The notes under the pieces were generated by a model. The model did not search any database and had not been told where the DNA came from. It saw only the letters and a program-made list of their open reading frames with translations. From NCBI GenBank assembly GCA_002269645.1, contig NIVC01005167.1, positions 1-23,918 of the forward strand: 23,918 bases of DNA. Direction: 5' to 3'. This stretch comes from Macrostomum lignano. Taxonomy: Eukaryota. A program made the position numbers and the translations under genes. Below are positions 8,869 through 21,200 of this stretch, piece by piece (position 1 is the stretch's first letter; the number at the start of each line of letters is the position of its first letter).

Positions 8869-11800
8869 GTGAGGGTTGTTGTAGCTTGTGGTGCACAGAG
8901 AACTGTTGGTGTAGCTTGTGGTGCACAGAGAACTGTTGGTGTAGCTTGTGGTGCACAGAGAACTGTTGGTGTAGCTTGTGGTGCACAGAGAACTGTTGGT
9001 GTAGCTTGCGGTGCACAGAGAACTGTTGGTGTAGCTTGCGGTGCACAGAGAACTGTTGGTGTAGCTTGCGGTGCACAGAGAACTGTTGGTGTAGCTTGCG
9101 GTGCACAGAGAACTGTTGGTGTAGCTTGCGGTGCACAGAGAACTGTTGGTGTAGCTTGCGGTGCACAGAGAACTGTTGGTGTAGCTTGCGGTGCACAGAG
9201 AACTGTTGGTGTAGCTTGCGGTGCACAGAGAACTGTTGGTGTAGCTTGCGGTGCACAGAGAACTGTTGGTGTAGCTTGTGGTGCACAGAGAACTGTTGGT
9301 GTAGCTTGTGGTGCACAGAGAACTGTTGGTGTAGCTTGCGGTGCACAGAGAACTGTTGTTGTAGCTTGTGGTGCACAGAGAACTGTTGGTGTAGCTTGTG
9401 GTGCACAGAGAACTGTTGGTGTAGCTTGTGGTGCACAGAGAACTGTTGGTGTAGCTTGTGGTGCACAGAGAACTGTTGGTGTAGCTTGTGGTGCACAGAG
9501 AACTGTGACGTGTTACCAACTAGCTGATTGCTAATTGCTTTTCCGAGCGTAATTCAATTTCAACCTTCTCCACCACCCTCAGTGGACACATTCGAGCCGC
9601 CGGAAAATCTGCTGGAACAAATCACTGAGCAAACAGATCATGGTCCGACCACCAAGCTGACAGAGCTATCGGTGAGTTCTCTTGAATCGACTATTGACAG
9701 TTTTTACTTAGGGTTAGTTAACACAGTTGAACATTCGAACAATTCTAACCTCTATCCATGGCAGGACTTTCCGCTCAAAGCCTACGAGCCAAAAGTGCAG
9801 CTGCCATTCTACACGCCGCCGGGCCAGCGACCCCGACGAGTCGAGGTTGAGCGTAGAAAACGCATCTACCAACAGATGGACATCGAGCAGATTCTGCAGG
9901 AGAAGTACAAGATTACCAAAGATCAGCTGGTGCCAAAACAATCAGACGAAGGCAATCGCCTTGGCGACTGGCGAAGCTACCTCGCTTTAGAGGTGTTTGA
10001 TAACACCGATTATGACTGTCGACTGCCATCTGAGTGGCTGGCCATGGGCATGGACGAAGGAGTTCGCAAGCCAGTGCCCGGACGGGCGCTGCTGCCCTCG
10101 CGCGACGACCAGCACGACTGTAAGCATCGTTCTGTTAATTGCCCTCTGACACAGTCACCCCTAGCAAATGGTCCTATGGACTCCCCCCTAACAGCTTTGA
10201 ATTTACATGTCTATGTCCTACGACACCCACCCCACGCCGCTTGGCCACGAGATTCCTTTTCCCCAATAGCTTTTAGAGAGTGTACAGTCTTTCTCTCTGC
10301 CTTGCGACACCCACACCACGCGGCTTGGCTACGAGATTCCTTCCCCAATATATTTTAAAGAGTTTACAGTCTTTCTGTCTGCGCTGCGCTGCGACACCCA
10401 CCCCACGCCGCTTGGCCACGAGCTTTCTTTCCCCATATCGTTTTTAAAGTGTACAGTCTTTCTGTCTCTTTATTCGATCTCACGCCCATTGGTAAACTTT
10501 ATTCATTCACCCAAAAGCTTGTAAATGTAAGCTGTACATTTGTTCTCTTTGGACATATAGCAGAGTACATTACACTAAAACTGAAGAAAGCATAAAGATA
10601 CACCCCAATAATTTCAACCAGTGGACATCCGCGATCCCGCCATTGTCTGGCGTTGGCAAATGGTCGGGGTTCTTGACTACGATCCCGACTCGCAGCTCTG
10701 GCTGGTGATGAAAGTCAACAAAAAGGGTCGCCTAGTCGATCAGGACGGTAAACCGGTGGTGAATGGTGGTTACCTAGGCAACGGTCAGTTCCTAGATCTG
10801 CCCAGCATGTACTGGATTCCCCGAATTCAACTGTACTTTCTGGCGGAAGATCCTACCATCTTTGCTATGCGAGTCGCCGAAGCGTTTGCCGAACGACAAC
10901 GAGCGGAGGCACACCTGCGCTACCACCTGTACCTGGACTGCATGCCCAGCGATGGCCTTGGCGAGGCCGACAAGAACTCATTCAATCGGATGATCGAATG
11001 GGCCAAAGGCACACCGAGTTTGAGCAAGGCTAAGAAGTGAGTTCAATTGTTTTATTTTGCTTGCAACTTGTCCTATAGTGCTTGGTAAAGACGTTTTGCA
11101 TTCTCAAGCGTGCTAAATTCAATGGAAGATGTGTCCCAGAGATTTTCAGGTGTGGTGTCCCATCCATTGTCATGTATAGTGTCCCATCCATTGTCAGGTA
11201 TGGTGTCCCATCCATTTTCAGGTATGGTGTCCCATCCATTGTCAGGTAGGGTGTCCCCATCCATTGTCAGGTATGGTGTCCCATCGATTGTCAGGTATGG
11301 TGTCCCATCCATTGTCAGGTATGGTGTCCCATCCATTGTCAGGTATGGTGTCCCATCCATTTTCAGGTATGGTGTCCCATCCATTGTCAGGTAGGGTGTC
11401 CCATCCATTGTCAGGTATGGTGTCCCATCGATTGTCAGGTATGGTGTCCCATCCATTCTCAAGTATGGTGTCCCATCCATTGTTAGGTATGGTGTCCCAT
11501 CCATTCTCAAGTATAATGTCCCATCGATTGTCAGGTATGGTGTCCCATCCATTCTCAAGTATGGTGTCCCATCCATTGTCAGGTATGGTGTCCCATTCCA
11601 CTCGTCCTAAGGTTCCGCTGTCTGTTTAATCGCACAGCTACTCAGAGGTACTCAGATCATTTGCGTGCTCATTTTTAGCTACCAGCAGGTTCGCAACCCC
11701 AGATACCAACAGATGACTGCGGATCTGAAGGAGATGTAATCTAATATATGACATTTATTATTGAGTTTTCTCTGTCAAACCCCTATTCAGTTTCGCGATA

Positions 11801-12037
11801 GATTAGCAACTTGTTTTTTAAATTTTTGTAGGGGGGATGCGAATTTTCTGTTATAAAACTTTTTATGCTTGCGAAGTTTTGGTCTCACTTCATCACATTC
11901 TTGCCACGCATGACAAAGACTTGACTTTTTGCGGAAAGAGTCGATTTTAAAATGATAGGCCTAAATTTTCATTTGATGCACATTCATACCCGTCAGAAGA
12001 AACACGACCAACACAACCCTCCCATGCGTTATTTTCC

Positions 12038-12070
<33 letters not shown>

Positions 12071-12081
12071 GCCCCTCTGCC

Positions 12082-12166
<85 letters not shown>

Positions 12167-12193
12167 GCCTATCTGTCTGTCTGCCCCTCTGCC

Positions 12194-12275
<82 letters not shown>

Positions 12276-15200
12276 ACCCTTCCTTGTTCCACCCGCTGCT
12301 TTCACAGACTGGACGACAAGATCCAGAGCCTGGACAAGGAGGTGAACTTCGACTTCTCGCGCAGCATGAACAAGATCATATTCAACGGCACCATAGTGCA
12401 CCACCAGGATCAGTACTCGTACGTGACGGTGCCCCAGTCGTCAGAGGAGCCGGTGCCCCAGCGCGGCTGCGTTGACGTACCGGAGTACAACTTCGACGAA
12501 GCGTACAGTTTGTTTGCGTTCCACTCCCTGCTGACGAGACAAGAGTCCATCAATGCCATCGGCTGGGTCCGGTCGGAGTGCAACGAAGTGGCCGCCAAAT
12601 CGCTGTTTCAGGTGAGAATGTATTTTTGTTATAATTATTTTGTTTTTTGTTGTTCTTTCATGCAAAAATATGTAACGAAAACCGTTGTTCTCTACTATTG
12701 TAAGTAGCTGAAACAGAATGGCGAAACCTCATTCAGCGTTATGCGTTCTCTAGCTAATGTCGTTGATTGCCGTTTGGTATATGTGGACTAGCTCACTCTG
12801 CCCCCTTCAGGTGCCCCTAGCGAAGCACATGCGCCTAGAAGAATTCGAGCAGACTCAACAGCAGGCCACTCAGCACGTGGCTCTGTACCTGCGCGACACC
12901 TTCAAAGAGAATCTGCGCCGGCATATTCGAACTTCGCTGCGCGACTCCGGCAAAGGCTGGTTCGATTTGAACACGGACAAATTCTACGTTTACCAAGGCT
13001 CCAAGCTGAAGAAGTTCATGGAGATGGTGAAGTTCAGTATGCAAGACTCGCTGCGCTATCTGGTGCAGGACTCGCTGACCAACTTCACCCAGATGATTGT
13101 GGATGCCTGTCAGGCTTGCCTGACGCTGCCGACCAACTACGAGTGGCCGCACGACCTGCTAGTGTCAACTTTGCTGTCAGTTTTGACTGTTAAACGATTA
13201 TTTTTATTTTTACTGTAAGTAGCATAAATGACAAATAACGGAAATTGTGGTCAACTTTTTTTACTTCCAGGCCCAAGCGCAACCCATTGTTCCTAGTTGA
13301 TCTGGTACTAGACCTTGAGGGCTCGCACTACAGCACCAATCTGAACCAGTTTGAGGCTACACTGGTTTCTCTGTTCGACAAGGCTATCACATCGACGCAG
13401 ACTGTGCCTCAGTTAGAGAAGGTGAAGCAGCAAATTTAATATTTTGCTTGAAGCTAAATAAATAATAATCAGCTCTCAAGTTTTACCTAGCCTATAAAAG
13501 TGTAGGAGCTAAAAATAGCATCAGCCGCAAATCAAATTCTTGGAGCTAAAAATAGTATCAATCATGATATCAACTCTCTACCCCTTTTAACCTTAGATAG
13601 CCAATCAAATTCTTTGAAACTAAAAATAGTATCAGACTAAAAAGAGACTATCCAATCTAACCCCAATCAGCCAATCAAATTCTTGGAGCTAAATATAGCA
13701 TCAACCAGTCAAATTCTGTGAAAATAAAAAAACACATTTAAAGTCTGACTGACGCCCGTAATTCCAGTTTATCTTGGAGAACTTGAAGGACCTGCAAAAC
13801 GAGACGCTTCTTTTGGAGTCCGTGTGGCCCAACGAGCCAGAGGTGGAACGCTTGCGAATGACAATCCGTGAGGCTATTAACAAAGCGCTAATCCCGATGA
13901 AAGTCTACGCTCGTCTGTACGATAGGTTTTTGCCGTTGAACAACCTCGAGATCACACAATACATCGCGTGAGTAGTTTTTTAGAACGAGTCGAAAAAAAG
14001 GCATTTATTGTTTTTTGCTCATAAGAATGCAAAAAAACCATAAGAAATCAATCGCCCCATTACGCCCATTTGACAGTGAGTACGAAGCGAAGTCGCCCAC
14101 TGCAATCCAAATGAAGGAAGAAGTGGAAAAGCACCTGGCTGAGAAGGAAGTGATGGAGAAAATCATTCCGTCCAGCATCATTATCGGCCCATTCTTCGTG
14201 GCCACCGAGAATGTTCGCCAGAATCTGTCTAAAAAGTGCAAAGCCATGGCCAATGCAGTTCTGGAACTGCTGGCTAAGAAGCTGCGAAAGCAGGCTGATG
14301 ATGTGAGCTTTACTTACCGGATTTATTTATTTCTTTTTGACTTTCTTGTCACCTGACCTTGAGAGCAGATGGGGTTGACCTTAATAAGCGTGCATCGCAC
14401 CAAAAGCACTAGGCTAATTCCTAGGAAACGGGAGATACTTGATCACTTCTTCCTTTCTAAATGGAACTTTCAAGAGTGAGTTTTCAATCGCCTTTTCCAG
14501 GCCTGCGAAGAGTTCAAAGCGATCTCTCGTCGCCTGTTTGAGACGCCCAACACCATCGAGGACCTCTCCGAGACGCGTGAATGGATGAAGACCATCCCGG
14601 ACAAGCTGGACGAGCACCAGGAGAACATCGACTTAGCCATGGCCGACTACGACCTGATCGAAGAGTTCTACTACAACTTAAGCCAGGAGGACTTCAACGC
14701 TCGCTACACAGCAATGTCCTGGCCAAACAAGATTGTCAAACAGATGGAACAGGTCGAGAAGACCATGGAAGAGGCCGAGGAACGATTCCGCAAACTGCAG
14801 GTTGGCGATACCTCGACCTTCAACGACAGGCTGGACTCGCTGACGATGAGCGTTGCTTCGCTGAGCACCTACACAGACATCGGCAAGGCGCACGAAGTTG
14901 CCAACGAGGTGCGTCGCATCGCCAAGCAGCTGAAAGACGCCGGTCAGGACGCGCAGAAGTACAACAACCGCGAGCGCCTATTCGGCATGCCCGTCACGGA
15001 CTACTCTAAGCTAGCCAAGCTGAACAAAGACTTCGAGCCCTACAGAGCCATGTGGATCGCCGTGTCCGATTGGATCAGGATGCACGAGTCGGTGATGGCG
15101 GATCCGTTGCACACCATCGACGCCGAAAACGTCTCCAACCAGGTGAACGAAGCCGGTCGAATCATGCACAAATCTGTCCGAATCTTCCAAGAGTTTCCCG

Positions 15201-18200
15201 GCGTACAAGAAGTGGCCGCCAAGATCAAATCCGAGGTTGAAGACTTCAAGCCGTACATTCCGCTGATCCAGGGACTGCGCAACCCTGGCATGCGCTCGCG
15301 TCACTGGGAGCAACTGTCAGCGGCTCTCAACATGACTCTGGTTGCCAAGAAGGAGCTGACGTTTTCTCGTTGCCTGGAGATGGGCCTGCAAGAGCACATC
15401 GAGACTATCGCCAAGGTTGCTGAGGTGGCCGGCAAAGAGTACAGCATTGAGCAGGCCCTGCGAAAGATGCAGTCAGACTGGGAGTCCGTCTGCTTCGAGG
15501 TTATGGCTTATAAAGACACTGGCACTTTCATTGTGAAGGTTGGCGAGGAAGTCAACCAACAGTTGGATGATCACATCGTCATGACGCAGCAGATCAGCTT
15601 CTCCCAGTTCAAGAAACCATTCGAGAATGAGATCAACAAATGGGAGAGCAAGCTTAGGACATCGCAGGATGTGCTGGAAGAGTGGGTGAACTGCCAGCGC
15701 CAGTGGCTGTACCTGGAGCCAATCTTCAGCTCTGACGACATCAACCGTCAGCTGCCGCTCGAGGGCAAGCGCTACTCAACCATGGAGCGAATGTGGCGCA
15801 AGATTATGAAGAACGCCAAGGAGAATCCTAAAGTGATCGAGATTTGCCCAGACAATCGTCTATTAGATAACTTAAAAGAGTGCAACAAGCTGCTAGACCA
15901 GGTGCAGAAAGGTCTGTCCGAGTACCTGGAGACCAAGCGCAAGGCTTTCCCCAGGTTTTATTTCCTGTCAGACGACGAACTCCTGGAGATCCTGTCCCAG
16001 ACCAAGGATCCCACCGCGGTGCAGCCTCACCTGCGCAAGTGCTTCGAGAACATTGCCAAGCTGCGCTTTGAAGAGGACCTCGAGATCACGGCGATGTTTT
16101 CCGGCGAAGGTGAGATGGTTGAATTCACCGACACGACTTATCCCACCGGCAACGTGGAGGACTGGATGCTGGAGATTGAAAACATCATGAAAGAGTCGTT
16201 GCGCAAAATCATCGAGAAGTCGCTAATCGACTACAAGAAGTTGCCGCGCACCGAGTGGGTGCTGAAGTGGCCGGGTCAGATTGTCATCGCCGGCTGCCAG
16301 ACGTACTGGACTTCGGAGGTCACCGAAGCTCTCGAACGCAACGATCTGAAGGGTCTCTACCCGTTCCTACTGGAGCAGCTCGACGGTCTCAGAGGCCTCG
16401 TTCGCGGAGACATCAGCCGCATCGGTCGGATGACCCTGTCCGCTCTGATTGTGATCGAGGTTCACGCCAGAGACGTCGTGAACAACATGCTGGAGGAGAA
16501 GGTGTCCAATTCGAACGATTTCGAATGGATCAGCCAGCTGCGCTACTACTGGGTGGAGGAGGAGCAGGACAACGGGAAGACCATCGGGCACATGAAGCTG
16601 CGCGCTGTTAACGCCCAGTTCCAGTACGGATACGAGTACCTGGGCAACTCGTCCAGGCTGGTCATCACTCCGCTGACCGATCGGTGCTACCTGACCCTCA
16701 CCGGGGCTTTGCATCTCAAGTTCGGTGGCGCGCCTGCAGGACCCGCGGGAACTGGTGAGTTCGATTCCGGTTGGAAGTTTGTTACGTTGTTTAGTAGCAC
16801 TGATAGCATAGCAACAGCCAACCCTAAGTTTAAAGCCAATCGGGAAACAATTTGCATAGCAACACAGAAAAACAATTTTGATAGCAACGCGAAAAATTTT
16901 GATTGCCTAGCAACACGGAAGTAATTACATAGCAAAAATATTTGTGTTGATACATAAGTAAATTTTAAAATAGATTATTTTCTACATTTAAATATTTCCA
17001 AGAAAAATAACTGTCATATTCGCTGGAAGCCTACTAAAAGTAGTGTAACTCTGTTTTTCACATTCAGGAAAAACCGAAACAACAAAAGATCTGGCCAAAG
17101 CCATGGCAATCCAATGCGTTGTGTTCAACTGCTCCGACCAGTTGGACTTCATGGCCATGGGCAAGTTCTTCAAGGGCCTGGCCTCCTCCGGCGCCTGGGC
17201 CTGCTTTGACGAGTTCAATCGAATCGACATCGAGGTTCTGTCGGTGGTGGCCCAGCAGATTGCCGAGATTCAGACCGCGCAGAAGCAGCGAGTCGATCGA
17301 TTCGATTTTGAAGGCGTCGACCTGTGTTTGAAAGCGTCTTGCGCCGTTTTTATCACCATGAATCCCGGGTGAGCCAAGCTGGTGAACAGGCGATCCTGGC
17401 ACTCGGTTTTGTCAAGATCAGTCACTACCTTTAGTTGATGAGTCACTCATTCACTTATTACAGTCAAATCAGTCACTCATTCACTCATTCCAATCAAATC
17501 AGTCACTCATTCACTCATTTCAATCAAACCAGTCACTCATTCACTCATTTAAATCAAATTAGTCACTCATTCACTCATTTCAGTAAAATGAGCCACTCCC
17601 TAACAAAACTGTCCATTTCAATTTCAGCTACGCTGGCCGCACTGAGCTGCCGGACAACCTGAAGGCGCTGTTCCGGCCCGTGGCCATGATGGTCCCCGAC
17701 TACGCCCTCATCGCTGAGATCTCGCTGTTCAGCTTCGGTTTCGGCGAGGCGAAATTCTTGGCTAAAAAAATTGTCACCACATTCAAGCTGAGCTCCGAAC
17801 AGCTGAGCTCCCAAGATCACTACGACTTTGGCATGCGAGCCGTGAAATCCGTGATCTCCGCGGCTGGGAATTTGAAGCGGCAAAATCCGGACATGAACGA
17901 GGAGCTCATCTGCCTCCGAGCTATTCGCGATGTCAATGTGCCAAAGTTCCTGATGGACGATCTGAAACTGTTCAGTGGTATCGTGTCGGATCTGTTCCCC
18001 AACATCAAGGAGGAAGCCATCGACTATGGCAACTTGATGACGGCCATCAAGGAGGCCTGCCGCAAGCTCATGCTCAAGGATGTTGAAGGGTTCACGCACA
18101 AGTGTATTCAATTGTTTGAGACTACGGTAGTGAGGCACGGACTCATGTTGGTAGGACCCACTGGATCTGGCAAGACCAAGGTGAGCATTTTTGTGACTAG

Positions 18201-21200
18201 CTAATGAGCTGAGCTAACTCATTAAACTCACTCGCTCCATAATGTACATTCGCTCAACTCTTATCAATAACTCTCTCAGTCGTTAATATACATTCACTCC
18301 TGATAAAACTCTCCCTTCCCGCCCCACTCACCCCTCAATGTACACTCGCTCGCGAAACAACGCCCTCCACGCCCCACTCACCCTCAATGTACACTCGCTC
18401 GCGAAACAACGCCCTCCACGCCCCACTCACCCTCAATGTACACTCGCTCGCGAAACAACGCCCTCCACGCCCCACTCACCCCTCAATGTACACTCGCTCG
18501 CGACACAACCCCCTCCACACCTCAACTCAACCCTCAATGTACACTCGCTCGCGACACAATCCCCTCCACACCTCAACTCAACCCTCAATGTACACTCGCT
18601 CGCGACACAATCCCCTCCACACCTCAACTCAACCCTCAATGTACACTCGCTCGCGACACAACCCTGCTTGCCCCAAGACAACTCTATACAAGCAAACTTT
18701 TACATTATCCAGTGCTATGAGGTCCTGAGGGAGGCCATGTCGAGCCTCAAAGGCGAGCCATCTCCAGCTGGTGACAACTTTGAAACTGTGCACACCAGCG
18801 TGCTCAATCCGAAGTCCATCACTATGGGCCAATTGTACGGCGAATTCGACTTAATGACTCACGAATGGACGGATGGAATCTTGTCCACCTTGATTCGGGT
18901 TGGTGCCGCTTCAACTGATCCTGATAAGCGATGGTAAGTTTGAGGGTTTAAATTTCTCGGTTCCTAAGTTTGATCGAAAAGCAGTTTTTCGCCCTGTGTT
19001 ACGTGACTGGACATGACATCTATTCAAAATTTTGAATCCATGCAGGTACATCTTCGACGGCCCAGTAGACGCGGTGTGGATCGAGAACATGAACACTGTG
19101 CTAGACGACAATAAAAAGCTCTGCTTGAGCTCCGGCGAAATCATCAAACTCACAGAGAACATGACGATGATGTTCGAAGTGCAAGATCTGGCGGTGGCTT
19201 CCCCGGCTACTGTGTCACGATGCGGCATGGTGTACCTGGAGCCCAGCCTCCTCGGCCTGGCCCCGTTCGTTGAGTGCTGGATCCGCGGCTTGCCGGAGGA
19301 AATCTACGGGCACAAGGCTAAGCTGGAGACGCTGTTTGCCACCTATATGGAGGTTAGCATTATCTCTATTCTAGTGAGGGCTTGTAGCCTAGTGGTTAGA
19401 GCCTCGGACTCACGACTGAAAGGTCTGGGGTTCGATTCCCAACCGACTCAGAATAATTTGTGTCCCTGAGCAAGACATTCAACTTTGCATTACTTCAGTT
19501 CACCCAGCTGTAAAATGGGTGCCAGCATTAGCTGGGGTAATTGAGGGTATGTGTGGCGGTGTGGCGACCTCCCCCCACCCAATCCGTGGACTGACCCCCT
19601 AGTCATTGGCAATAGCTGCGACGGAGCTGTCGGTTGCAAAAAAATACTACTTATATTCCTACCGTTAGTAGAGCATTGATAAATCTAACAAATTAACAAA
19701 CATATCAAAATCCTGTTAAAAACGCAGGACGCTATCGAATTCGTGCGCAAAGGCCTGAAGGAGATTGTGCCAACAACCAATGGGCAATTGACGTTCAGCC
19801 TGCTAAAAATGATGGACACTTTCTTTAAGCCTTTCATGAAATCGGACGAGGTAATTAATAATACGAACGTTTTTATGCTGTGTAAATTCTATTGTGTATC
19901 AACATATGCAATATTACCTTACAATGCTAGTTCAATAACTGAATAATCTTCTCATTTATTACTATTTTGCTATTCATCTAGCGAGATTGGTATAAACTTT
20001 TGCCAGAGGAAATGCTTTGGTTCATTCGAGAGGTACAACAATTAATCATTGTGTGTCGTTTGCTTTCTCTGGATCACAGGTTGCTTCTAGACTTTGTTCA
20101 TCAGAAAAAAGTTGAATTTGTTTTCACATTATCACATAGTTTTGTTTTAATGGGTCAATGGGTTTAATTTGAATTGAGAAATGAGCCATGATGTATTTGG
20201 GCCAAGTCTTTAAATTGCTACCTTAATGTACATTTAGTCGTTCAATGTACATTGTTTCTCATCAACCCCCGCCCTAGACTGTACACAGTGGAGCGAGTGA
20301 TTTAACTCTCTGTTAGCCACAGCGAATGTACATATAGAGAGACGAGTCTGGCTGCAGACTGAAGTCACGTGATAAAAAGTTACAAACGGGCGGCCCCGGC
20401 CCTTTAAAAAAATTATTTACCTCCTCACTTTGCTACACGCCGCAACGACCCGGCAAGACAGCTTCACTCCAACAATGCGCACGCATCATGCTGAATTATT
20501 ATTCTCTCGCTTTTTCCAGCTCGAATTGGGCACTAGACGCAAGAAAAAGGAGGAGGTATTTATTTATTACTTATTCAGAATCTCTGCTGTATCTGCATGC
20601 TGCTTTTGGGCTTGTCTCAATCGAAAATTTAACAATATTTGCCGAGCAGATATAATTTATTATTGCCATTTATTGTTGCCGTGTAGTCTCGTTTAAATTA
20701 CCAATTTGTTAAAATTCATTATGTTTAATTAATTGAATGTTTAAACTGATTTTTGTTTAACTATAACTGAAATATTTACACGTATTGATTGTAAACGTAT
20801 AATGCCAGCTAATAATACGAGTAACAACAGTTGCAATATATTTGTTTTTTTATATTTGATTAATTCTTTTCGTATATATTAGTAGGCTAAAGTATGAATA
20901 TTAGCTAATGTGAGTCGTTGTAACGGTTTTTACTGTACTTATGAATAAAAGATATTTGTTGTTATGGTAGTCTTAAAATGCTTTATCGTTCGTAAACTGC
21001 GAAATCTAACAAGCAGCTTAACATTTTTATCGCAAACATTATTTTTAAGCGTTGTTCCAGTTAATTCAAAGATCATAGTTTAAAAAATATTAATTTTAAC
21101 AAAATCCAGGAGAAGACGCTGCCCCAAGAGGTTCTGGACAAGATTGGCGACGTCCTGGAGCCCTGGTTCTTCTTTTCCCTCGTGTGGAGCGTCGGTGCCA

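Noticed and set aside
8608-9534. Overlapping [17 protein letters not shown] and SSLCTTSY ORFs
   Set aside because: Alternative frames of the 30-bp intronic repeat
11030-11629. MDGTPYLT and WDTIPDNG repeat ORFs
   Set aside because: Frames of the 24-bp intronic repeat
11952-12292. LSVC and QTDR repeat peptides
   Set aside because: (CTGT)n microsatellite; only 12308-12611 is exon
14414-18138. Numerous antisense and alternative-frame ORFs over the dynein exons
   Set aside because: Shadow ORFs from GC-rich codon bias of the real CDS; no recognisable domains
19378-19450. Functional tRNA gene
   Set aside because: Acceptor and anticodon stems pair poorly, there is no T-run terminator, and a CORE-like body follows; better explained as a SINE head
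20335-20700. Nested gene or promoter in DNAH1 intron 15 (hairpin AGTCTG-GCTG-CAGACT, GTCACGTGA E-box, ORF 20430)
   Set aside because: TTG-start ORF with no coding character; isolated short motifs are expected by chance; no matching terminal inverted repeat found
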